Below the pieces are notes generated by a model that saw only the letters and a list, made by a program, of their open reading frames with translations, was not told the DNA's origin and did no database searches. The translations under genes were made by a program, and so were the position numbers. A stretch of DNA of 53,527 nt from Phoronis australis (Eukaryota; Animalia; Phoronida): the NCBI GenBank assembly GCA_002633005.1, contig NMRA01001114.1:1-53527 (forward strand), in the 5' to 3' direction. This document shows, piece by piece, positions 39,173-49,275 of the stretch (position 1 is its first letter; every line of letters begins with the position of its first letter).

Positions 39173-39740
39173 GTAGGTCTGTGTGTGTATGTGTGTGTCG
39201 CTTTGAATGGCTGTTGTTGCGGAACCAGTTATGTCTGTTATGTTGAGCAGACTTCAAGGTAGAGTTCTGTTAATAACTTCCAAGACATTAGCTTGCAGTC
39301 ACAGCAAGAAACGATTGCTTATGGAATGGAAACAGTGAATTCAGTCTCTCAATTCATTAATTCTATCCCATAATTCAACACCATCCGGTCAGTCAGTGGC
39401 TGCTATTTATAGTTGGCTTAAGCTAGTAAAGCTTCTGAGCATCCTCGGGAAACGCTGGCTTAATTTTTACTCGTGTGATTTTGCTAGGTCTTGTGAGATC
39501 TTACTTTTTACACAGGGAACTAGCTCTACAGAATGCTCTCCAGTTGTCATCCCAACTTTCCTAGTCGTGTATGAAAATATTAAAAGAGTGTTGTCACACC
39601 ATTCAGTCTTTTGTACCTATCCACTGGTAAGCAAAGATGAGTAGGTGGTGGTTTTGCTCAGCGTTTGGTCTGCAAGTGTAGCCATGATTTGAAGTCTTGT
39701 CTTCCAAACAGAAGTTTGTACAGTACAGCCACTGAATTTT

Positions 39741-41099
39741 TAGACTTCGTCCGGGCTACCTCACGCCTGGCCAGACCGGAGTGCAACCGGAACGCAGGCG
39801 TGACAGAAATCAGTCACGATCGCCTCACGCTTTAACTCTCCAGGTAGTCCTCACGCTTACCTCCGGTTTAGTTCACGCTTTCCTCAGGCTTTCTTCACGC
39901 CTTCGGTACCTGTGGTAACCATGGTAGGGCACCGGGCTAATCAATAAAAATACATGTAACGTCTTGATTGCCTGTTGTTTCGGACAAGTTGCAAAGGCAT
40001 TATAGTATATTATAGAGTATCTTTGCAAGCAGTCATCTATCACACTTGGGTTCCGACTAACTTTGTAATTCCACGTGTTGTTCATACAAACGTCTTCCTT
40101 CAGCTCATCTTGTGTTACAATTACATGTGCATTTTCTATTTACGACTTAAGAGCCAGTCCCATCAATGACATACATGTACAGTAACCACGGTTAGTAAAT
40201 ACATATGTGACCCTGCTTCCAGAATCGTCTTTACATGGCTGTGAACTCCTTGAAACTTGTCACAGCTGGATATAGTTAATTTGCCCTAAAAGTAGCTTAC
40301 GCATCTTGTGAAGTATTCTGTCACTCCGTAAATTTTTGCACCGCACTGGCGTACAGAAAATTTCAATAGGCCGCCATTCTGACATACCCATCCCTTACTG
40401 CAAGCAAATGTTTTGACTAAAAAGTCATCAATCCGTAGTGCAGTTTAATTATTTGTAGCCCCCTCCCTGTAGTACATGCGTTTTGACTGAGTTCACAGTA
40501 TCGCCGGGGTACTTCTTCACTAAAATAATAATACCAGTGATCTGTTTGACTCGTCAAATGCATGGGCACGATAAGTTTTCTCCGCATGAAGCCGGAACTT
40601 GGGATCAATGTGCTCAGAATTGACATGCTATGCTCCTTCATATCGTGAAGGCAATTGAATACTTCCGCCATGTACACGCATGTTAAGATTTTTTATTAGT
40701 TTATATAAAAAACAAATAATTATACATAAGTAGAGTCCACAGGTCTGTTTCCTAAAGTGACTTAAGATTTGAGAAGGGAATTTTGGTCTTTTGCTGAACG
40801 TGATGATTTCAAATAAAAAATAAACCTCACGTGAGCAAAAGTCTAAGAGAATAAACACATCACTGCTAGTTACTGATATAATTTTAATAAATTACTTTTT
40901 CATCTGCGATGCAGGTAAACTCATGCCTCTGGCTCACGGCTGGCTCGCGCTTCGTTCACGCCTAACTCACGATAAGCTCCGGGTACAGTCACGCTTAGGC
41001 TCACGCCAGCTGTCAGGGTTGATTCATGTCTCGACTCTCCGGTCTGTCTCCGGTTACGATCACGGGTGGCTAGACCGGAGAGACACCAGAGAGAGTCTA
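39741..41099. mobile_element. Possible non-autonomous DNA element with TCACGC-rich subterminal arrays
   Basis: TAGACT...AGTCTA ends. CpG-rich clusters of tcacgc/accgg at 39750-39930 and 40920-41090. No TSD found. Confidence 0.35.
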
Positions 41100-41517
41100 A
41101 TAATTCAGTGGTTGTACTGTAGCTCAAACTGCTGCACTGCACTATCTAAAATTCCACTTCGCAGTGATAAGTATCAGCACTAACTTTTGTCGTTGCGAAT
41201 ACTTTCCATTTGTTTTGCGTGAGTGTAGTGAAGTTGTTCCCTCGCCAGCTAGAAAACTGTGTTGAAATCATCATTCTCACAACAGTTTAATTGTCATGGC
41301 TTCCCAAAAGTCTCTCATTAGTACACTTTTTAGAACATATGAAGCAGACTTAACTGTCAAAAGTGGCATACATCATTACAGTTGGACACACTTTAGGTTA
41401 AACTGAAAGATGCATGTCATATTTTACACTAATGTTGTATGATGCATCAAATTTGAAGTGTCCACTTAAAATCTTTGGGTTTGGTTGGGTAATATTGTTT
41501 TATTGTTGTTATTTCAG

Positions 41518-41594
41518 AGTACGCTGGAGTTTAGTCCGCGAGAACAGGAGTTTATTGAACTAATTCACAACAACCAGAGGATTGAGGCAATACG
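41518..41594 (+). CDS. MAEA: MAEA-like exon (STLEFSPREQEFIELIHNNQRIEAIR)
   Basis: tttcag|AGT...CG|gtactg, 77 nt, phase 0/2. Matches [26 protein letters not shown]. Confidence 0.92.
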
Positions 41595-42699
41595 GTACTG
41601 TTTGCATAATGTCTACTAGCTTTTGCTGTGACTTTGAAGGGTTCTGGTTTTCAAAATAGACTTGGCAAACTTTGACAAAACTGCCAGACTCTGCCAAACT
41701 TCTGCCAGAATTGTTTGGCTGTTATACTTATTATGGATTTTCCTCGACAGTAAAATTTCACATTTGTCATACATTGGTCTGAGTTTAACATAACGTTATT
41801 GGGTCTTGCCAAGTTGTCACTATTTCGACAAAGTGCGTGGAGCAACACCTGTGGACATTTAGCCTGAATTGAAACATGCTCTAGCAGAAAAGAAATGGAT
41901 ATTTATAGTCGCAGTTTGTGCATTGAACCCCAGTCAAATTTCGACTTTGTTCAGTTTATTGTGAAAACTAGTGTATTTTATTTCTGGCAAGGCCTTTCTT
42001 CTTACCATGTCCAAGCGGAATGACTGCTGAGGTGTACAACTAATGCGTACAAAGGAATCAAACAAGCTGTCGTTTTCCCCGTCATGAGGGTAAATTCTGT
42101 TGACAGCCAAAATTAGTCTATTAACTATTATGGCAGAATGGCTTAGCTACTTTCTAACTTTCCTCTTACTTACAGATCATTCTTGATATGAGAGAAAAGG
42201 ATGAATTGCAGTCATTTTGTCTGAATACTTTTGGCTTGTACTGTATAAGTTTAGTTATGCTTGTGTTTATATGACTGTATAAAATGTGATATGATCAATG
42301 AGAAAGACTTCTATAGAAGCAGCCACTGGCGTTTCATTTTCTGAATGTTTTATGGAGAGTTGTTAGCTGTTACTTAATTAACACCATTGCGTGAACTTGG
42401 ATAGAAATGATTTCATTGCATGGCTCTCTCAAATGAATGTTGGTCATTATCCTCATAACCTCAGTACATGAGTAGCACACACCACAGTCATGGTCTAAAA
42501 CCTAAAAACCCAAAACCTTAAGCTCCTCACACACGTGAACGTTTTGTACATGCAGTTATGGCACTCTAGAATTAGACAAAGGTGGGGAATCAGTCCTTTG
42601 TGAAGATCGATTCTATGCCATGTGGTGTTTAATAGTTAATTCCTATCAATGTTTTCTTTGATCATGATGTAGTTAAAATGACCTGGCTCTTGCTGTCAG

Positions 42700-42808
42700 A
42701 CACGCACGCAAGCATTTCTCCACCGCCGATGACAGCCATCTGCTGAGAGTTCAAAAGGTGATGGGACTGCTGGCTTGCTGTTCAGACACAACTGTATGTG
42801 GTTATCAA
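42700..42808 (+). CDS. MAEA: MAEA-like exon, CRA domain (HARKHFSTADDSHLLRVQKVMGLLACCSDTTVCGYQ)
   Basis: cag|A CAC...CAA|gtatgt, 109 nt, phase 2/0. Matches [36 protein letters not shown]. Confidence 0.92.
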
Positions 42809-43555
42809 GTATGTTACTACATTTGTTTCACAAAGTTTCATGGAAAAGCCAGATAGTGTCCCATACACCCCCTCTGTAGTAATTATCTGAACTTGGTTCC
42901 AATACACTTTTGGGACATGGTGGGTTCCCATTGGGGAGACAAAGGGGTCCCTGAGATATTAACAAATTAACATCATAGTCAGTGGTTGGAACCAATATGG
43001 CTGCTGCACTGACTTACAGAGTACTGTTCTTACCTATAAACATGACCCACAGTCCTGGCAAACTCAGTTTATTTACTCACAAACGTGGCTTACCCACCAT
43101 CAAATGCAGTATCCTTATTCTATGTCCATGTAGTGTGTGAGGCGATCTATGAGATGAGTTTGTGAGTCTGATGTTGCGTATTTGGGTGCTAAGCTACATT
43201 TTATGAATCTGTTAAATGTATTTTGGTGGTGGGTGAGCCGTGTTTGTGAATTCGTGTACCAAATTTAGGTCCATTAGTTGTGTTTATAGGTGAAGAATTA
43301 TGTTCATACTTTATGTCATACTTTTCCACTTCTTTATATTTATCAAATATGAAGTGGTTGCACGTGTACTTTGCCTGGCCAGGCAAATCTGTCCCTTAAA
43401 ATGTGTGCGAGACCTTGTTTTAATAGCAAACAGGTGAAAAGTTTTGCATTTTAAAACTTGCATTTAAAAATACTTGCCCGCATGCTTTACCAGGCTGCTG
43501 TTTGAATTGTCATCAGGCTTCGATCCTTCATGTTCAAAACGCCATTTTGTGTTTA

Positions 43556-45118
43556 CCCATACCAAAAAAAAGCCTTTCTGCAAACACTTGCCGCAAGCTT
43601 GCCGCAAAGTTGCGGCAAGCTTGCTGCAAAAGTTTCTGCAAACCAGCCGCAAACACGAAGAATCAATTCTGAACAAAGAGTGGATGCAAATTTCCTGCAA
43701 CCCAGCCGCAAACATTGCCGCAAGCTTGCGGCATGCTTGCCGCAAACATGCAGCAAACTTTTACCATGCAAATGAAGTTTGCCGCAAGCTTGCAGCAAAC
43801 ATCTCTATGTCAAACTTGTTGCCTAGTAACCTCTGCAGTGTCTCTGGCTTTCATCAAGTACATTATGTCACTAAATATTCACAAACCTAAAATATGAATG
43901 CCATTTCACTTTCCACAAAAAGGCATTTGTGATAGCATTATTAGAATCTCCATTACGTTTTAAGTCGAACTTTTGCTCTTCTGCTCATGTATGAACAGAC
44001 AGTTAAACTTGTGTTCAATAGTTTGACTGCAAACTGAGAATGCGTATGACTGAAGGTGATGGCAGTTAAAACACCTACCAGTATTTAAATATACAACATG
44101 CTAATCTTATTTTGTGCCCAATAATTACCATGCATTTAACCAAAATAAAAATTTGTTGTTCCTATTGTGAATCAAACAATCAGAGAGCGATGTGAAAATT
44201 GACACAAACTTAGTTTTACAGTCTCAATTAAGTGATTATTTTGAAGGACTGGTTACATGTAACTTGACAATGTTTTGGAAACTAGTTGATTCTGGTGTCA
44301 ACCCCAGTTAACTCATTTGAAATCTGTGCTGTACTTTTCCCTAACCATTATAACCTCCAATTTGGCTGAATCAGTAAGAAAATCAACTTGCTTTTGTTTG
44401 TAAGACCAAAACTACTGATTCATGAATGAAGTAATTTTACTTAACAATCGCATCAATATAAATACAATTTTAAATTCAAAACTCACATCCATACAGTTCT
44501 TCAGTTATCCATGTTGAGTCTAGGCTGTACCAAAACCGTTTGAATTTGGTTCAAATGAAAGCTTATAGGTCACTTCCCAGGCATGTAACCTTGACAACCA
44601 CATGCCTTCCTTGATAACAGTCCCACCAGATCAACATGTGGCTGGGCTAGCATAATTTAAATAAACAATCAACAGCCCTAGAGGCATTAAACATTAATGT
44701 ATTTCAAGAGGCATTCCTTGAAAACTGTCCTAGCAGTTCAACATGTAGGTGGGCTAGTATGATTAAAGTGAACAATAACCCTAGNCGCAAACACTTTTTA
44801 ACCAATAAAGTTTCCTGCAACTTTCCCGCAAACACTTTTTCACCAATAAAGTTTCCTGCAACTTTCCCGCAAACACTTTTCAACAATAAAGTTTCCTGCA
44901 ACTTTCCCGCAAACACTTTTTCAATCACCAAGTTTGCCGCAACGTTCCTGCAAACTTCAGTGTTTGCAGCAAGGTTGCGGCAATGTGTGCGGCTGAGTTG
45001 CGGGAAGCGGCCAACTCCTGCAAACTTTGCGGCTGGTTTGCTGCAAACAAAATTGTTTGCCGCAAGCTTGCGGCATGTTTGCTGCAAGCTTGCTGCAAAC
45101 ATGGTCTTTTGGTATGGG
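43556..45118. mobile_element. Non-autonomous DNA element with CCC...GGG termini and subterminal repeat arrays (CMC/EnSpm-like)
   Basis: TIR CCCATACCAAAA / TTTTGGTATGGG. Arrays of ttgccgcaagc/gcttgcggcaa at both ends and a ~41-bp tandem array at 44786-44945. TSD not evident. Confidence 0.7.
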
Positions 45119-45177
45119 ATCTAGCTTCTTCCTCATCTGTAGTTGTTGTAACACATGCCCTCTGTTGTCTCTTACAG

Positions 45178-45312
45178 GAACTCTTGTCTGCAGATCACTG
45201 GCAAATGCTGGTGGAACAGTTCAGATATGAGAACTTTAAACTACATCAGTTGAGCAGTGACTCTATCTTTGTAAGTTACATTACTAGCTGGTCTGTCGGT
45301 ACTTAAAACACC
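45178..45312 (+). CDS. MAEA: MAEA-like exon with +1 frameshift (ELLSADHWQMLVEQFRYENFKLHQLSSDSIFV/VTLLAGLSVLKTP)
   Basis: ttacag|GAA...CC|gtatcctt. 135 nt where 134 would keep the frame. Removing one A at 45273/45274 restores TLLAGLSVLKTP (human TLQAGLSAIKTP). Confidence 0.9.
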
Positions 45313-47318
45313 GTATCCTTTGTTTAAGTATGTCATGTTCAGCATGGAGGAGTAATTCAACTCTGCTTAAAGTGGAACTTGACCACAAATTCCTTATCTC
45401 TGTGATTGCTTGGTCAAATTAGTAAAAAACGCAACATGTAGCGACAATGTGAATATGAAGTAGGTTGAAAATTTGCCAAATGTTTTCACGAACGAGTTTT
45501 GTGTCAAAAGTGATCCGCCATAAATCACTAAACCGTATCCAGTGTTGGGGAATAACACTGCATGATGCGGGTTATGTGAGCCCCTAAGGTACATCATTAG
45601 TTCAAAGGTCACCTATTTGCAGAATTTTTTATTTTCACATTTGCTAATTGTCAACGAATACAACTGCACTTTGTTTAGCATAGATGATGTTCAAATAGCA
45701 TTGCCGTTTAGTTCCTGTTAGACATTAGCATAGTTAGAAGCGTGCAAATAATTAAAATACATCTTTAAGATTATGTGGGACCTTAATGGCTTGTCTGTGC
45801 CAAATATCGAAAAAGTATAAATTTAAACTAATTAAGAGTGTATATTATTTTCGAATGTGGAAAACCTGTAGAATTTGATTGTTTTACTCTTTATCATTCT
45901 TGTTAATTGGGTCATGTGACCATGTATTTTTGGTGAAATTTAGCCAACAGCTAAAGGTACATCGATAGCAAAACAAGGGTGTCAACAACATGACAAGATT
46001 TCATTTGATATATTCATGTTTGAGATGAAATCTCTTGTCATTTCGTTTCGATTTTTTCTATGAATATCATATAAGTCCTATTTTTTGATAGCCCTCATGC
46101 AAAAATGGCATTTTGAAAACAATTTCTAATAGCGTATTGGAGAATGTTGAATAAAGCAGAGTATGTGAAGGTTTCATGTGAATCTGGTCAGCCATATCTG
46201 AGATGTGATGTTGTAAATATGGCGAAATTTGGACATTTTTTCTAGGGTCCTACGTACCCTTAACATCTGTTATGGACAAGTCTTGGTGAGTTGAATCCTT
46301 GCAAGAAGACTGAACTGCAAGTCAGAACAGCTCAACATTGTCCCATGTAATCACTGTTTTTTCCCACCAAGCTTAAATGTCTCGGTTGCAATCGAATAAA
46401 TAGTTCATTCTCGAAATCCACGCCTCGTTCAACTGATTATTGCTTGCTATTGCATTTGTTTCCATTTTGATGAATAAATCAGCTTGTCTGTATTTAAGTT
46501 TGCTTAACTGTTCCACAGTCAAGTTTTTTAGATCTGCATTTTCCAGTGCCAATTAAATTTTGAAGATATGGTAAAAATTCTTCAATTTGAGACAAACATA
46601 ATTATTGCTAAAATTGCCATATTTCTATTTTTCAGAGTCTGGCCACATTGTTTCAAATGCTCAAAATATTAACCAAATGTTGTTTGGTAATAGCCACACC
46701 ATACAAACCATGCTAAAAGCAAAGTAAATTTTCCTGAAAAGTAATTTTTGTTGAACAGTATTGAAAAAAATGCCATTTCACTTGTCCGCCACTTTCAGGT
46801 TAAGTTGCAAAATAAGTTGTTTTATGATACTGTAAAATTGTAACCTCATGCCTGGAAGCAGGTTTTCACCAGGTGAAGTATGAGATTTCTCGTGAAGAAA
46901 TACACATCAACAGTTATTGTAGGGTTTTTATTGAAATTCACACCCCACAGGCCTTGACTCAAGTCTGAAATTTCAAACTCGCATCGTTAACCAGAATCAT
47001 TTTGAATTTGAGTAAAAAAATAGCGCTTTTGGACAGTTTTGAGGTGAGCAATCAACAGAAATTTCTTCAAAAATGAAAAAATCTGAAAATTTGTTTTTTA
47101 TTTGGGATTTTGTAAAACTCTTGTCCTGTCATTTGGTAATGTTGCTGAACTGTAGTTTTCTCCCATGAAATGTTTTGCAGTGAATGTGTAAGTTGCGGAA
47201 AGGTGCTCTTGCCAGTGAAAGAGTTAAAACTACATTTTCAGTGCAATATGAGTAAGATGGTACATAATAGCGTTGGTCTGCGTAGTAAATTATCACCATT
47301 CTTTAACACACACACCAG
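45313..47318 (+). other. U12-type (minor spliceosome) GT-AG intron
   Basis: The 5' site GTATCCTTT matches the U12 consensus RTATCCTT. A branch-point-like TTCTTTAAC at 47299-47307 lies 11 nt upstream of the exon, and there is no polypyrimidine tract (acacacaccag). Confidence 0.88.
45769..46259. mobile_element. Kolobok-like ~490-bp MITE inside the U12 intron
   Basis: ttaa|GATTATGTGGGACC...GGTCCTACGTACCC|ttaa (imperfect TIR). Same family as 6244-6713. Confidence 0.55.
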
Positions 47319-47511
47319 ACGTTGTTATAAGGATGACACTGAGGCAAAAAACAAGAATTGCCCTGTGTGTTTACACTTCAACGAACTGGCCAAGCCCCTC
47401 CCTTACTCGCACTGTGCTCAATCACGTCTCATCTGCTATATATTGGGACATCCTCTCAATGAGAGCAACCCTCCTATGATGCCTTCTAATGGTTTTGTCT
47501 ATGGCTACAAC
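47319..47511 (+). CDS. MAEA: MAEA-like exon, RING-Gid-type zinc region (RCYKDD...CPVCLHFNELAKPLPYSHCAQSRLICYILGHPLNESNPPMMPSNGFVYGYN)
   Basis: cag|A CGT...AAC|gtaagt, phase 2/0. Lies within ORF 47170..47556. Confidence 0.93.
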
Positions 47512-48039
47512 GTAAGTTGTCGTTTCCTTACATTCTGGCGTCGACAGCAGTTGTAAAGTAGAAAGGAAAGGTGGATATGTCGTCAAGGATACTAGACGAG
47601 ATTGTTAAGTGACTAACGTTGAAAGAATTTATCTCGACTTTTTAACAACTGTGGCCTTGCTTATGTGTGGTTATAAAAGTTCACTGAACTCTACAGTAGG
47701 TTGTCAACTAATTGTTTGCCATTCCGTAGTTGTCTTTATGAGGTTAATGACTTTTGATCTCTTGTTAATCGCTAATTGAAAATTTTGTTGCATAGAGCAG
47801 AATTGATTCAATTGACTTTCGTTTAAAAACTTACCATGAATTTGTGTCATCATTGCTCTTCTATGATGCAGTAGTTTGTATTTACTTAGGATATTAGAAG
47901 CTCCACCTGTAGTCTGTTTTGTAACTCCTTTAGTTGCTTCTGCCAATGCTGTCTAAAGATTTCTTAGGAACAATGAGTCTTATTGTGCAAACTGTTGAAG
48001 TTTCAATTTAGTATCCATGTGTTTTGTTGTTGCTTCCAG

Positions 48040-48141
48040 GCACTTGCAGAAATGGCATGGATGAACAAAGGGCAAGTTATATGTCCAAGGACTAAGGAGA
48101 TTTACTGCCTGGATGAAGCAGAGAAAGTTTATGTCATGTAG
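48040..48141 (+). CDS. MAEA: MAEA-like last coding exon (ALAEMAWMNKGQVICPRTKEIYCLDEAEKVYVM*)
   Basis: ttccag|GCA...ATG TAG. Matches human [21 protein letters not shown]. Confidence 0.93.
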   Translation, partial: ALAEMAWMNKGQVICPRTKEIYCLDEAEKVYVM

Positions 48142-48299
48142 TACTATTGGACATTGGAAGGTTGGAGGTTTGTTGCCTGGATGGAGCGGAGAAAGTTTTT
48201 GTCATGTAGTACTATTGGACATTGGAAGGTTGGAGATTTACTGCCCGGATGAAGCGGAGAAACTTTTTGTCCTGTAGAACTGTTTGACATTGGAAGGGG
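48096..48299 (+). repeat. 68-bp tandem triplication covering the MAEA C-terminal codons, stop codon and start of the 3' UTR
   Basis: Units start at 48096, 48164 and 48232 (ggagatttactgcctggatgaagcagagaaagtttatgtcatgtagtactattggacattggaaggtt and variants). Confidence 0.9.
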
Positions 48300-48760
48300 T
48301 CTTGATTGTTTTTGGCAACCTAACATGATTTTCTGAATTCACGTCTCATCGTATTTTCAGAAAGTGGCAATTTTTGGTCTTTGAAGTGCTTCAAACCGTT
48401 TCATTTCAGAAGTGGGTGGTGTCTGAATGAGGAATGTGCTAAAATATGTTTTATAAGACACTTGAAGAAAACCATGCACTTTGTTGGAAATAGTCAAACT
48501 ACGTGTAAATTGTATATGGTCTGTCTCTCAACAGACTGAAGACTGGTGGATGAGAGTTTTTGTTTGATCGTTGTCATGACTCAACTACTTTAATATATGT
48601 TTACACTGCAACAAAATAATTGGAAATATTTAGTGATACATTAAAAAGTATAATCTTCTTATGTTAAATGTAGAGCTAATGTATTAACTTAAAATACTTT
48701 GTTGACTTAAGGACCTGGGTATTAAAATCAGATAACATAAAATCAGGGGGTGGGCTTTAA

Positions 48761-49275
48761 GGTGATGTTGTACCCCTGAAAAATGACCAAATTTGGCTAA
48801 CTTAGTTACATTAATATTGATGATATATGATTTATATGAAATTTCTGCATACTTCCATATGTTTTGTGCACTGTTCTCCAAAATACTGCTAGGAATTTTT
48901 TCAAAATGTGCCATTTTTGCAAGAAGAGCATTTACAAAAAAAAACCCCCAAAAGTTTCCTGAAAAGAAAACCAAGGGATGATTTAGAAAGCTCCACCAGA
49001 ATTTTTAAGATTTCATCTTGTACATCTATGTCAATTGAAATTTGGTTGTTATGGATACCACTGCTATGAACGTAACTTTCTTTTTTGCTAAATTTTAGAA
49101 AAAGGAATGACATCCAGACCCAAATTATGATAGATATCTATAAGAGGTAAAAAATCAAACTGTTGAGGCTTTCTAATTTCAAAAATTATGTACTTTTACT
49201 CATCAGAATTAAAATTTACAGTTTTGTAGATATTTGGCTAAAAACAAAAATTTGTCAATAACGTCCTACATAACA
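48761..49275. mobile_element. Possible Kolobok-like MITE
   Basis: TTAA on both sides, with degenerate termini resembling the 6244/45769 family. Confidence 0.35.

Larger units (their letters stand above)
18861..48141 (+). pseudogene. MAEA: MAEA/GID9 (macrophage erythroblast attacher, CTLH complex E3 ligase subunit) homologue, apparently disrupted
   Basis: Eight colinear exon pieces translate to sequence recognisable as MAEA (VPYEILNKKFRTAQRNIDRE; [16 protein letters not shown]; EQFRYENFKLHQL; CPVC..LAKPLP.SHCAQSRL; CPRTKE..AEKVYVM*). Lesions: exon 2 split by ~19.5 kb, LisH exon not found, +1 frameshift at 45273-45274. The first coding exon was not identified. Confidence 0.85.

Noticed and set aside
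43464-45230. Overlapping ORFs rich in CRKLAA/QACGK on both strands
   Set aside because: These are translations of palindromic subterminal repeats, not genes. Only the 45178+ part of ORF 44983..45306 is MAEA.
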